Source: an uncultured Muribaculaceae bacterium
Lineage (GTDB): Bacteria; Bacillota_I; Bacilli_A; RF39; UBA660
Direction of reading: 5' to 3'
Assembly: GCA_964548645.1 (NCBI GenBank)
Contig: CAZJQU010000002.1
Coordinates: 1-32,911, forward strand
Length of the DNA: 32,911 nucleotides
Positions 1 to 14,046 of this stretch are shown one piece after another. A program made the translations under genes and the position numbers. The notes beneath the pieces were generated by a model that was not told the DNA's origin, ran no database searches, and saw only the letters and a list, made by a program, of their open reading frames with translations. Position 1 is the stretch's first letter; each line of letters starts with the position of its first letter.

Positions 1-5178
<5,178 letters not shown>

Positions 5179-5270
5179 TATTTCACCCCATAATATTAAA
5201 TTTTTTCAAAGATCTGTGTAAAAAGGTACACAGTACCAATTTAAGATAATAACAAAAAAAGTCAAACAAG

Positions 5271-5861
5271 TCAATTGTTTTTGTTAATTTCTGCAAGTAT
5301 TATGAAAAAACCTTTAGATTTTTCTAAAATCGTAATTTTATAGTGTTCTTTTAGTTTTTCAATTGTACTTTTTGCCCCCTGATCTTTTCTCATAACAAAA
5401 TATAGTTTTCCATTATCTTTTAAATGATTTTTTGCTCCAATTAAAATCTCATAAACTTTTTCTTTACCTGCTCTAATTGGAGGATTTGTAATTATTACAT
5501 CGTAGTTTTTTTCGATATTACTATATGCATCGCTTTCAAAAACAGATATATTTGATATTTTATATTCTTTTATATTCATTTTAGTTAGGTGAAGAGCTCT
5601 TTTATTTATATCTACCATATCAACATTGCATTCATAGTTTAAATTTAAATAAATACCTATTACACCGTAACCACAACCCAAGTCTAAAACATCTCCAGAT
5701 ATATGTTCAATATTTTCTAAAAGTAATTTCGTTCCAAAATCTATTTTTGTATTCGAAAATACCCCTTTATCTACAAAAAAACTATAAGTTTTTTCATTTA
5801 TAACAGAACTTATTTTAGATATATTTGAACTTAATTTATTATTTGTAAAGTAATGATTCAT
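5271..5861 (-). CDS. Class I SAM-dependent methyltransferase, RsmC/YbxB-like
   Basis: DLGCGYG SAM-binding motif and NPPIRAG (NPP[IFH]) catalytic motif. It occupies the same position between rplL and rpoB as B. subtilis ybxB. Confidence 0.8.
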   Translation of the reverse strand: MNHYFTNNKLSSNISKISSVINEKTYSFFVDKGVFSNTKIDFGTKLLLENIEHISGDVLDLGCGYGVIGIYLNLNYECNVDMVDINKRALHLTKMNIKEYKISNISVFESDAYSNIEKNYDVIITNPPIRAGKEKVYEILIGAKNHLKDNGKLYFVMRKDQGAKSTIEKLKEHYKITILEKSKGFFIILAEINKNN

Positions 5862-5867
5862 TAATAC

Positions 5868-5901
5868 CTCAAAAACACAAAAAACCTAGTTAATAGGTTT
5901 T
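5868..5901 (-). terminator. Intrinsic terminator/attenuator after rplL
   Basis: Minus strand AACCTA-TTAAC-TAGGTT hairpin followed by TTTTTGTGTTTTT, directly after the rplL stop. This is the classic rplL-rpoB attenuator position. Confidence 0.55.
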
Positions 5902-5906
5902 ATGTA

Positions 5907-6275
5907 TTATTTTAATTCAACTGTTGCGCCAGCTTCTTCTAATTTAGCTTTTAATTCTTCTGCTTCTTCTTTTTTAGCGTTTTCTTTTATATTACCGCCC
6001 GCTTCTGTTAAGTTTTTAGCTTCTACTAGTCCTAAACCTGTTGCTTCTCTTACTAACTTTATAACTGCTATTTTATTAGCACCTGCTGAAGTAAGAACAA
6101 CATCGAATGATGTCTTTTCTTCTGCTTGAGCACCCGCTACTGGAGCTGCTGCTACTGCTACTGCACTTGGATCAACTCCATATGCTTCTTTCATTGCATC
6201 TACTAGTTCCATTACTTCTAGTAAATTCATTTCGTTTAGTGATTCGATAAAACTTTCTTTAGTTAACTTTGCCAT
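5907..6275 (-). CDS. rplL: 50S ribosomal protein L7/L12
   Basis: 122 aa. Ala-rich hinge, and C-terminal domain ending [14 protein letters not shown]. Confidence 0.97.
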   Translation of the reverse strand: MAKLTKESFIESLNEMNLLEVMELVDAMKEAYGVDPSAVAVAAAPVAGAQAEEKTSFDVVLTSAGANKIAVIKLVREATGLGLVEAKNLTEAGGNIKENAKKEEAEELKAKLEEAGATVELK

Positions 6276-6276
6276 A

Positions 6277-6777
6277 TTATTTTTCCTCCTCTTTCAATTG
6301 TTCAGCATATAAATTTAATGATATGCTTAAATCCTTTATTAATCCAATCATTCCACCTGCTAACATAGTTAGTAGTGCTGTTCTTCCTGGTATTGTAGAT
6401 AGTTTGTTTAGAACTTCCATAGGAGTTACTTTGCCATCAACTATACCACCTTTTACTTGTACAACATCGTGTTCTTTAGCATATTCAGTTAAGATCTTGA
6501 TTGGACCAACTTGATCTTCACCAAATACTAAAGCACTAGGTCCTACTGTACACTCTTCCATATCTAACTTTAGTTCTTCTAAAGCTCTTTTTGTTAGGGT
6601 GTTCTTGTAAACTTTCATTTCCGCATTTGTTTCCTTAAGTTTTCTTCTAAGTTCAAATATTTGTTCATCTGTTAATCCTCTATAATCAAATATTATAGTT
6701 GAAGACGAAGCAGATATTCTATCTCTTATTTCAGAAACAACATTCTTTTTTAATTCTAGAATTCTTTCGTTTGCCAT
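6277..6777 (-). CDS. rplJ: 50S ribosomal protein L10
   Basis: 166 aa, typical L10 N-terminus (..[17 protein letters not shown]). Synteny rplA-rplJ-rplL. Confidence 0.95.
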   Translation of the reverse strand: MANERILELKKNVVSEIRDRISASSSTIIFDYRGLTDEQIFELRRKLKETNAEMKVYKNTLTKRALEELKLDMEECTVGPSALVFGEDQVGPIKILTEYAKEHDVVQVKGGIVDGKVTPMEVLNKLSTIPGRTALLTMLAGGMIGLIKDLSISLNLYAEQLKEEEK

Positions 6778-6927
6778 AATTCACCTCCTAAATTATAAAA
6801 ACTCTCATTATCCATAACGAGAGTTTAAAATAACATTAGTTATTTAAGCCCTCGGTAGGATTTACTTTTTTACCTACTGTCTATGGGTATATTTGCTTTT
6901 TCAATTGGTATTATATATCAATATATA
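6778..6927 (-). promoter_or_regulatory. Structured rplJ 5' leader (candidate L10 leader autoregulatory RNA)
   Basis: 150-bp non-coding gap upstream of rplJ. Minus-strand hairpins: GTAGG..CCTAC within CCCATAGACAGTAGGTAAAAAAGTAAATCCTACCGAGGG, and AAACTCTCGTTATGGATAATGAGAGTTT followed by a T-rich run just before the SD. Assigned by position and structure only; no covariance model was run. Confidence 0.45.
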
Positions 6928-7620
6928 TTATTTGTCAAAAGAATTTAAATCTAATTTTATGCCAGGACCCATAGTAGAAGATATTGATACGTTTTTGACA
7001 TATTCACCCTTTACTGTTGATGGTTTCCCTTTCATTATGACCTCTACAAATGTCTTTAGATTTTCTTCCAATGCTTTTTCTTTAAATGAAATTTTTCCAA
7101 TAATTGAATGAACATTTCCAAATGAATCTGTTTTATATTCTATTTTCCCTTTTTTAACATCTTCTACCGCTTTTGCGACATCATTTGTTACTGTTCCAAC
7201 TTTAGGATTAGGCATTAAACCTTTAGGTCCTAATATCTTTCCTAACTTTCCTAGTTGAGGCATCATATCTGGTGTAGAGATTATTACATCAAAGTCTATC
7301 CAGTTTTCACTTTCAATTTTTTGAAGTATTTCTTCATCTCCCACGTAGTCTGCTCCTGCTGATGTTGCTTCTTTAGCTCTATCACCTTTTGCAACTACTA
7401 AAACCTTCTTTGATTTTCCTGTTCCATGAGGTAGCACAACTGCTCCTCTTACTTGTTGATCTGCCTTTTTAACGTCTACATTTAATCTTATTGCAACTTC
7501 TACAGTTTCATCAAATTTAGATGTAGATATTTCTTTTGCTAATTTTATAGCATCTTCTATAGAATAAGTTTTACTTCTATCTACTTTAGATGCAGCTTTT
7601 AAATATTTCTTTCCTTTCAT
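6928..7620 (-). CDS. rplA: 50S ribosomal protein L1
   Basis: 230 aa, typical L1 sequence (..[24 protein letters not shown]..). Confidence 0.97.
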   Translation of the reverse strand: MKGKKYLKAASKVDRSKTYSIEDAIKLAKEISTSKFDETVEVAIRLNVDVKKADQQVRGAVVLPHGTGKSKKVLVVAKGDRAKEATSAGADYVGDEEILQKIESENWIDFDVIISTPDMMPQLGKLGKILGPKGLMPNPKVGTVTNDVAKAVEDVKKGKIEYKTDSFGNVHSIIGKISFKEKALEENLKTFVEVIMKGKPSTVKGEYVKNVSISSTMGPGIKLDLNSFDK

Positions 7621-7625
7621 TATTC

Positions 7626-7667
7626 CTCCTTATGTGGTTAATACGGTTTTCCTCCCACATAGGTAAA
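7626..7667 (-). promoter_or_regulatory. Hairpin between rplK and rplA that pairs into the rplA Shine-Dalgarno (candidate L1 autoregulatory site)
   Basis: Minus strand CCTATGTGG-GAGGAAAACCGTATTAA-CCACATAAGG: 9 bp with one bulge. The 3' arm runs into AAGGAGG, the rplA SD. GGGAGG lies at the stem/loop junction. Confidence 0.35.
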
Positions 7668-7677
7668 AACCTATATG

Positions 7678-8103
7678 TTATTCTGTTATTTCTATTCCCA
7701 TGTTTAATGCTGTACCAGCTATTTGTTTCATTGCTGATTCTACATCGTAAGCGTTTAAGTCTTCCATTTTTATTTCTGCTATTTCTTTTAGTTGAGCTTT
7801 TGTTATAGATCCAACTTTCTCAGTTTTTCCCTTTGCTCCAGCTTTTGCTACTTTTGCATACTTCTTTATTAAGAATGCTGCTGGTGGAGTTTTAACTTTA
7901 AAGTCGAAAGATCTATCGTCGTAAACATTTATTACAACAGTTACAACGTCTCCCATTTTGTCTTTAGTTTCTTCATTAAACTTAGTACAAAATTCTTGAG
8001 AGTTAACACCTGCAGGTCCTAACGCAGTACCAACTGGTGGTCCTGGTGTTGCTCTTCCAGCAGGAACTTTTAATCTTATTACTTTTACTGGTAGTTTTGC
8101 CAC
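7678..8103 (-). CDS. rplK: 50S ribosomal protein L11
   Basis: Typical L11 (KLKVPAGRATPGPPVGTALGP). I place the start at the GTG at 8103 (GGAGGTG-TTTTTC-GTG), giving 141 aa. The ORF-track start at 8112 lies inside the SD. Confidence 0.95.
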   Translation of the reverse strand: MAKLPVKVIRLKVPAGRATPGPPVGTALGPAGVNSQEFCTKFNEETKDKMGDVVTVVINVYDDRSFDFKVKTPPAAFLIKKYAKVAKAGAKGKTEKVGSITKAQLKEIAEIKMEDLNAYDVESAMKQIAGTALNMGIEITE

Positions 8104-8192
8104 GAAAAACACCTCCTATAATATTTTTTCGCGGAGTGGTATTATTGCTAATCCGCTCCCACTCGAGTGCCATAAGTAAATATAGCAAAGAT

Positions 8193-8221
8193 ATATTAAC
8201 ACTTTATTTACTTATTTGCAA
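8193..8221 (-). promoter_or_regulatory. Sigma-A-type promoter for the rplK-rplA operon
   Basis: Minus strand TTGCAA - 17 nt - TAATAT. It is followed by an ~80-nt leader containing the hairpin GAGTGG..CCACTC. Confidence 0.5.
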
Positions 8222-8228
8222 TCAATTT

Positions 8229-8768
8229 TTATAATATTTTTTCTACTTGATATAGTTTTGCTTCAATTGGTGTATCTTGTCCAAATAGATCTATTATTAC
8301 TTTCAATTCTTGAGTTTCTAAGTCTATTTCTTGAATCTTACCTGTCATGCTCTTAAATGGTCCGTCAGTTATTTTAACTTTTTCCCCTACTTGAAGTTCA
8401 TCACCAAGTTCAAGTCTACTCATACCCATATTGATTAATATTCTATCTATTTCTGTCGGAAGTAATGGAATCGGTTTTGCACCTTTTCCGCTTGAACCAA
8501 TAAATCCAGTTACCCCAGGAGTATTTCTAACCACATACCAAGCTTCATCAGACATAACCATCTCTACTAATATATAGCCCGGAAACATCTTTTTTATCTT
8601 TTCCTTAGCTACTCCATCTTTTATTTCTTCTACTTTTTGTTCTGGAACTATTACTCTAAAAATGTTTTCTTCCATATTCATAGAGTGAATTCTCATCTCT
8701 AATTTTTCTTTTACTTTACTCTCATGTCCAGAGTAAGTATTTACTACATACCATTGTTTACTATCCAT
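8229..8768 (-). CDS. nusG: Transcription termination/antitermination factor NusG
   Basis: 179 aa. N-terminus WYVVNTYSGHE and C-terminal KOW region. Synteny secE-nusG-rplK. Confidence 0.95.
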   Translation of the reverse strand: MDSKQWYVVNTYSGHESKVKEKLEMRIHSMNMEENIFRVIVPEQKVEEIKDGVAKEKIKKMFPGYILVEMVMSDEAWYVVRNTPGVTGFIGSSGKGAKPIPLLPTEIDRILINMGMSRLELGDELQVGEKVKITDGPFKSMTGKIQEIDLETQELKVIIDLFGQDTPIEAKLYQVEKIL

Positions 8769-8771
8769 AAA

Positions 8772-8951
8772 TTACCCCAACAAACTCTTTAAAAACGCAA
8801 ATACAACATCTAGTACAAAGAAAAATAATCCGAAAAACACCATAAATGATATTGTTGCTCCAGAATATGTTACCATTTCCTTTTTTGTTGGCCATTTAAT
8901 TTTTGCAGTTTCTTTTTTTACACTAGTAAAGAACTCTTTTACTTTTTTCAT
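8772..8951 (-). CDS. secE: Preprotein translocase subunit SecE
   Basis: MKKVKEFFTSVKKETAKIKWPTKKE plus a single TM helix. Start re-called at 8951 (AGGAG-ATAT-ATG). The ORF-track start at 9011 has no SD. Confidence 0.8.
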   Translation of the reverse strand: MKKVKEFFTSVKKETAKIKWPTKKEMVTYSGATISFMVFFGLFFFVLDVVFAFLKSLLG

Positions 8952-9038
8952 ATATCTCCTTTTTCCAAAATAAAAACACCTATATGTGTCTCGATGTCTA
9001 AATATTAGCATAACACAATATAAATGTCAATGAAAAGA

Positions 9039-9644
9039 TTACTCATCAATAATCTTTCTTACTTTCAATCTTATTCTTTGAATTGCACTATCTATCGATT
9101 TATAACTTTTATTTAATAACTGGGATATTTCTTTATAGTCGAAGCTATTCACCTTTAAATCGAACACTTCTTTTTCAAGTGGAGTTAAGACTTCATATAT
9201 TTTAGAAAACAGTTCTTTTTTGTTTTCTTTAAATTCTACCATTTCACTAGGATTTGTACCCTCTTCAAAGAAAATATCTAATAATGTGTTTTCATTCTCG
9301 TTTATAGATTCATCTAATGACATAGAATCATTTAATAGAGTGTGCTTCTTTCTGCTGGCTTTTTTTAGTAAAGAAAATATTTGTCTTTCTATACAAAGAT
9401 TAGCAAAGGTTTTAAACTGTGCCTTTTTATCATCTTTAAAAGAAGTTATAGCTTCGCTTAGTCCCAACATTCCCTCTTGAAACAAATCCTGATATTCTAA
9501 GCCAAACTTTTTACCATACTTTAAGTATCGTTTTGCTTTTAAATCGATTATTGGTTTATATTTATCATATAAAATATTTAAAGCTTGTTCATTGTTCTCT
9601 TCAATTAGATATATTAATTCAAAATCATCTATATCTTTATACAT
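9039..9644 (-). CDS. sigH: Sigma-70 family RNA polymerase sigma factor, SigH-like
   Basis: 201 aa. Region 2 (DLFQEGMLGLSEAITSF) and a region 4 HTH at the C-terminus. It occupies the B. subtilis sigH position between rlmB (yacO) and secE. Confidence 0.7.
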   Translation of the reverse strand: MYKDIDDFELIYLIEENNEQALNILYDKYKPIIDLKAKRYLKYGKKFGLEYQDLFQEGMLGLSEAITSFKDDKKAQFKTFANLCIERQIFSLLKKASRKKHTLLNDSMSLDESINENENTLLDIFFEEGTNPSEMVEFKENKKELFSKIYEVLTPLEKEVFDLKVNSFDYKEISQLLNKSYKSIDSAIQRIRLKVRKIIDE

Positions 9645-9653
9645 TTTGCCTCC

Positions 9654-10352
9654 TTATTTTCTGTTTTTGGTTATCTCATATACTAGGATCCCTGTTGCAA
9701 CCGATGCGTTTAAACTGTTAACTTTTCCTCTCATAGGTATCGTTATTAATGCGTCACAAGATTCTTTTACCAATCTACTAATACCCATACCCTCATTCCC
9801 TATTACTAGTGCGAGAGGAAATATATAGTTAAACTTTGAATATTCATCTTTCGAATCCATAGTAGTCCCTAAAATCCAATAACCCTCTTGCTTTAACTTT
9901 TTTATAGTACTATTCAAATTTGTTACCATAACTATTTTCATATTGTTTAAAGCACCAGAACTTACCTTCATAACTGTAGAGTTAACTTCTACGCTTCTAT
10001 CTTTTGGAATTATTATTGCATCTACTCCTATAGACTCACAAGTTCTTATTATGGCTCCAAAGTTATGTGGATCTTCTATATGATCTAATATGACTATAAA
10101 TCCATTTTGTTTATCTAATACATCTTCTAAATCACTATATTTAAAATTGGGTATATCCAAGATTATACCTTGATGATTTCCATTATCAATTCTAAATAAT
10201 TCCTCTTTTGTCATCAAAATTGGACTTATATTTCTTTTTTGTATCTCATTTAACACATTTTTGTCATTAAAGTCTTTATATAAATATATTTTGTTTATTT
10301 TAGAGTTATTAGTTAAAAATTCTAAAGCTACATTCTTTCCAATTACTATCAT
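9654..10352 (-). CDS. rlmB: TrmH/SpoU family 23S rRNA 2'-O-ribose methyltransferase (RlmB/YacO-like)
   Basis: SpoU motifs (DHIEDPHNFGAIIRT, LVIGNEGMGIS, SLNASVATGI). Preferred start is the ATG at 10352 (GGAG 6 nt upstream, ATGA overlap with the mrnC stop). The ORF-track start is 10364. Confidence 0.85.
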   Translation of the reverse strand: MIVIGKNVALEFLTNNSKINKIYLYKDFNDKNVLNEIQKRNISPILMTKEELFRIDNGNHQGIILDIPNFKYSDLEDVLDKQNGFIVILDHIEDPHNFGAIIRTCESIGVDAIIIPKDRSVEVNSTVMKVSSGALNNMKIVMVTNLNSTIKKLKQEGYWILGTTMDSKDEYSKFNYIFPLALVIGNEGMGISRLVKESCDALITIPMRGKVNSLNASVATGILVYEITKNRK

Positions 10353-10726
10353 TTTATACTCCATATATATTTCATTATTTCATCTATTCTAAAATTCTTA
10401 TTACTTAAATATAAATATCCTATTAAAGATTCTAACGCAGTTGCGTGTTTATAAGTAATTATATCTATATTTTTGGGATGCGAAGAAGTCTTAGCGTTTC
10501 TTCCTCTTTTAATAACATCTAGTTCTTCTTCGTTAAACATATCTTTATCTAGCATAGTTTTTAAAAAATGAGCTTGATTTTTCGCACTCACATACTTTTT
10601 TGATTCTTCTTGTAAGTCATTAACTTTATTTATACCTAAATTAATTAAATATTCTCTAACATACTGTTCATATATAGAGTCTCCTAAGTACGCTAAAACT
10701 AAAGAGTTTTTCTCAATAACACCCAT
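10349..10726 (-). CDS. mrnC: Mini-ribonuclease III
   Basis: LAYLGDSIYE RNase III signature in a ~125-aa protein. Synteny with rlmB as in B. subtilis yazC-yacO. Start re-called at 10726 (GGGTGA-TTTTA-ATG). Confidence 0.8.
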   Translation of the reverse strand: MGVIEKNSLVLAYLGDSIYEQYVREYLINLGINKVNDLQEESKKYVSAKNQAHFLKTMLDKDMFNEEELDVIKRGRNAKTSSHPKNIDIITYKHATALESLIGYLYLSNKNFRIDEIMKYIWSIK

Positions 10727-10770
10727 TAAAATCACCCAAAGATATAATAACATAAAAAGTAAGAAATATC

Positions 10771-11055
10771 TTACTTTTGTATTTTTATAATATATTCGCC
10801 TTTTTTAGAAAATAAATATCTTTCTCTTGCATATCTTGCAACGTATTCTTCGTCTTCCAACTTTATCACTTCACCTTCTAAGTGTACTTTTTCATCTTGT
10901 TTTTCTGCTAATTTTTCTTCGAGTATGTGTTTTTCTTGATTGAGTGTTATTACATTTGCGAAAGCTGAAAATATACCAGCATACATGAAAAACATTATTG
11001 CTAGTGCAAAAACGGTTCTTATAGTGCGTTTTTTAAATTTTCTCTTGCTTTTCAC
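10771..11055 (-). CDS. Septum formation initiator (DivIC/FtsB family)
   Basis: 94 aa: basic N-terminus, one TM helix, a coiled-coil, and the C-terminal EYVARYARERY motif typical of DivIC/FtsB. GTG start. Confidence 0.7.
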   Translation of the reverse strand: MKSKRKFKKRTIRTVFALAIMFFMYAGIFSAFANVITLNQEKHILEEKLAEKQDEKVHLEGEVIKLEDEEYVARYARERYLFSKKGEYIIKIQK

Positions 11056-11151
11056 AAAATCAACACCCTTCTTAATAAGAGTTTAGCATCCAAAAATAAG
11101 GATATCAATCTCAAAAACCTTTACTTTACTATATTTAACAAAAAAAGAAGA

Positions 11152-11454
11152 TTACTCTTCTTCGTTTTCTTCTGTTTCTTCTACTTCAGTTACAGGATCT
11201 TCTGCTTTTTCGTATTCTTCAAGTATAACCTTGTTGAACATTTCACGTGTTTCTTGATTTATAGGATGAGCAACATCTCTATAATCTCCTACCGCATTTC
11301 TACGGCTTGGCATTGCAACGAATAGTCCGTTATCTCCTTCTATTACTTTAATATCATGAACTGCAAAGCAATCATCTATTAGAATAGAAACTATTCCTTT
11401 CATACGTGAGTTCTCTTTTTCGATTTTTCGAACATTTACTGATGTTATTTTCAC
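11152..11454 (-). CDS. spoVG: Septation/regulatory protein SpoVG
   Basis: [10 protein letters not shown]...[22 protein letters not shown] is the conserved SpoVG core. Acidic tail. Start preferred at the second GTG (11454), after GGAGAGG. Confidence 0.9.
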   Translation of the reverse strand: MKITSVNVRKIEKENSRMKGIVSILIDDCFAVHDIKVIEGDNGLFVAMPSRRNAVGDYRDVAHPINQETREMFNKVILEEYEKAEDPVTEVEETEENEEE

Positions 11455-11488
11455 AAGCACCTCTCCTTTTGAATATATTTCATTTATA

Positions 11489-11517
11489 ATAGTACATTAT
11501 TATTTAGAAAAAAGCAA
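11489..11517 (-). promoter_or_regulatory. Candidate promoter for spoVG
   Basis: Minus strand TTGCTT - 17 nt - TACTAT in the 64-bp ksgA-spoVG gap. Confidence 0.4.
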
Positions 11518-11524
11518 TGTTTTT

Positions 11525-12328
11525 TTAAATTTTGTTTGAATATAAAGCATTTGAAATGTCTACAAAATTTTTTATAGAAAGTTGTTCTGCTCTTATGTTA
11601 GATGGAAGTCCATTTTTTGTTAAATATTCTTCTACAATATGAAACTCATAATCCATTAAATTGTTCTTCAAAGTTTTTCTTTTATATCTAAAGGAATCTC
11701 TAATTAATTTATAAAAATATTCCTCATTGTTTGGGTTAAATTTATTGGTTTTTTTAGATAATTTTAGTACAACGCTATCTACGTTTGGACTTGGAATGAA
11801 CGATTGTCTGCCTACATTCAATATCTTTTTAACATCAAAATTATAATTTATAAATATACTTAATGAGTTATATTCTTTGCTGTTTGGCTGTGCAGAAATC
11901 CTCGCTCCAACTTCTTTTTGAACCATAATTATAACTCTATATATGTCGAGTTTATCTAGAATTAGCTTTTCTATTATAGGGGTTGTAATGTAATAAGGAA
12001 GATTTGAGATGATATATAGTTTGTTATAATTTATGTCATTTATATCTTCTTTTATATCTCTTTTTAAAAAATCATCATATATTATCTTTAGATTTGAAGC
12101 GTTTATTTCTTCTAAATATGGTGTTAGTTCTTTATCTATTTCATATCCAATTACGTACTTAAAATTATTAACTAGCTTTTTTGTTAATTCTCCAGAACCA
12201 CATCCAACTTCTATGACCAAGGAATCTTCTTCTATATCTGATAAACTTATTATTTTATCTAATATTCCTTGGTCTTTTAAAAAGTTTTGACCAAAGTGTT
12301 TTTTAAATTTAAAATTCTTAACATTCAT
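11525..12328 (-). CDS. rsmA: 16S rRNA (adenine1518/1519-N6)-dimethyltransferase
   Basis: 267 aa. FGQNFL, EVGCGSG and NLPYYITTPI motifs of KsgA/RsmA. Confidence 0.93.
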   Translation of the reverse strand: MNVKNFKFKKHFGQNFLKDQGILDKIISLSDIEEDSLVIEVGCGSGELTKKLVNNFKYVIGYEIDKELTPYLEEINASNLKIIYDDFLKRDIKEDINDINYNKLYIISNLPYYITTPIIEKLILDKLDIYRVIIMVQKEVGARISAQPNSKEYNSLSIFINYNFDVKKILNVGRQSFIPSPNVDSVVLKLSKKTNKFNPNNEEYFYKLIRDSFRYKRKTLKNNLMDYEFHIVEEYLTKNGLPSNIRAEQLSIKNFVDISNALYSNKI

Positions 12329-12333
12329 AATAT

Positions 12334-12357
12334 CTTAAAAAAAGACTTTAAGTCTTT
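12334..12357 (-). terminator. Candidate intrinsic terminator after the 3D-domain gene
   Basis: Minus strand AAAGACT-TAA-AGTCTTT followed by TTTTT, immediately after the stop at 12358-12360. Confidence 0.45.
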
Positions 12358-12897
12358 TTACCATCCATATCTAAGTACATCGTATTTTACTTTAGAACGA
12401 CCTACTTGCCATACTATTTCTTCTTCTTGTGAGCCAAATGCTAAATCCATTAGAGTTCCTTTTATGACTCCACCTCTATCTAAAACTATTGCTAATATAG
12501 GTTCTTCATACACTTTTAATCCCGTTACTCTAACAACTGTTCCAAAGGGTATAGATCTATCCGCTGCTGTTATTCTAAGTGTACCAAATGTTTTATCCTC
12601 ATAATATATGTTGTTATTTCTTATATCATATCCAGAGGTAGTTATACCAGAGCAACCATAACAATCTGCACCATAAGCGGTCATAGTTCCTTCATACGTT
12701 TCCAATATTGGATAGTTTTTGTTGTTTTTTTGTTTAATTTGAACTTTTTCTTCCATTACAACTAAATTATCCTTTTTACTAGCATAACTATCATTTTTAT
12801 ATGATATAACAGAAAAATAACTATATTTGTAAGACAAAATATATGCATTTAAAACAAACACTAATATTATCAATAAAAATATTATATTTTTTTTCAT
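12358..12897 (-). CDS. Membrane-anchored 3D-domain (MltA/YabE C-terminal-like) cell-wall protein
   Basis: N-terminal TM helix, then TMTAYGADCYGCSGITTSG...IPFGTVVRV...VLDRGG...MDLAF, resembling the 3D/DPBB fold motifs. It occupies the yabE position between tatD and ksgA but lacks the DUF348/G5 repeats. Confidence 0.7.
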   Translation of the reverse strand: MKKNIIFLLIILVFVLNAYILSYKYSYFSVISYKNDSYASKKDNLVVMEEKVQIKQKNNKNYPILETYEGTMTAYGADCYGCSGITTSGYDIRNNNIYYEDKTFGTLRITAADRSIPFGTVVRVTGLKVYEEPILAIVLDRGGVIKGTLMDLAFGSQEEEIVWQVGRSKVKYDVLRYGW

Positions 12898-12927
12898 TTT
12901 ACTCCTTAAATGTATGTGATAATTTTA

Positions 12928-13686
12928 TCACTTTTCTAGTTTTAAGTCAAATAAATCTAGGGTGTTTTGAAGAATAATTTCTTTTGTTTTTTCGTATGAT
13001 ATTTCCTTTAAACGTGCGATTTCTTTTGCAATATATTTTAAGTATTTAGGATGATTTTGTTTACCCCTATTTGGTTCTGGAGTTAGGTATGGAGAGTCTG
13101 TTTCTAATACAATATCTTTTATGTCTAAATCTTTTAAGGTTTCTTTTAGATTTGTGTTTTTAAAAGTTAAAACTCCTCCAATTCCAATTTTGTATCCCAT
13201 TTTTATAAATACTTGAGCAAGTTCATAACTTTTAGTAAATGCATGCATTATTCCTTTTAAGTTATAATCTTTTAGAATAGTTATTATATCCTCGGTAGAC
13301 TCCCTATTATGAATTATAACAGGATAATCATATTTTTGAGCAATATCTAATTGCTTTTTAAAAACTTCTATTTGTATTTCTTTATTATCATCTTTCCAAT
13401 AATAATCTAAACCAATTTCTCCTATGCCTACAATTTTATCAAGCTTTAATTGGGCCTCTAATTCTATAAAATCTGCGTCTGTTACTGCATCTACTTCTGA
13501 TGGATGAAAACCTAATGTACCATAAACAAAAGGATATTTATTTGTTAACTCTATTACTTCTTGATTACTTTTTTTATCTACCCCATTTATTATTAATATT
13601 ATGTTTTCTTCTTCTATTTCCTTCATTATTTCTTCTATATCTTCATAATATTCTTCATATATATGACAATGTGTATCTATAAACAT
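12928..13686 (-). CDS. tatD: TatD family metal-dependent DNase/hydrolase
   Basis: MFIDTHCH start and IGEIGLDYYW motif. Start re-called at 13686 (AAGGAGG-AAT-ATG). Synteny metG-tatD as in B. subtilis metS-yabD. Confidence 0.9.
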   Translation of the reverse strand: MFIDTHCHIYEEYYEDIEEIMKEIEEENIILIINGVDKKSNQEVIELTNKYPFVYGTLGFHPSEVDAVTDADFIELEAQLKLDKIVGIGEIGLDYYWKDDNKEIQIEVFKKQLDIAQKYDYPVIIHNRESTEDIITILKDYNLKGIMHAFTKSYELAQVFIKMGYKIGIGGVLTFKNTNLKETLKDLDIKDIVLETDSPYLTPEPNRGKQNHPKYLKYIAKEIARLKEISYEKTKEIILQNTLDLFDLKLEK

Positions 13687-13719
13687 ATTCCTCCTTAAAA
13701 AAAACAATATTTCTATTGC

Positions 13720-13983
13720 TTAAGCTATATAATTTAGAAATGTTTGAACTGGTATAAAGAAGAACTTTGCTACAGGGTGTATATATGAGAATATTGGTCC
13801 TTCTACTAAGTCCAACAAGTATGGTCCTATAAAATAATATGCCGCGATAAAAGAAATTAGTCGTATTGGAACTAAATCCAATTTAATAAGCTCTAATAAC
13901 ATCGAAATAACTCTAAGGACTATCGCCATACAAACTAGTGCAATTGCCAAAGGAAATACTATTTCCATAAAAAAATCTACCAT
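13720..13983 (-). CDS. Hypothetical small integral membrane protein (87 aa, 2-3 predicted TM helices)
   Basis: AGGAGG 7 nt upstream of the ATG. Hydrophobic segments throughout. I recognise no family. Confidence 0.45.
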   Translation of the reverse strand: MVDFFMEIVFPLAIALVCMAIVLRVISMLLELIKLDLVPIRLISFIAAYYFIGPYLLDLVEGPIFSYIHPVAKFFFIPVQTFLNYIA

Positions 13984-14046
13984 ATCTAATCCTCCTAATA
14001 TAGGTATTATAACATGTATTATAGTAAATATAAATAATATTGTACG

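Noticed and set aside
11244-11249. Extra CACGTG inside spoVG (ATTTCACGTGTTTC) as an eighth parS
   Set aside because: Only the left half resembles a parS half-site, with 2 mismatches, and the right half (GTGTTTCT) does not match. It is within coding sequence, so it is probably chance.
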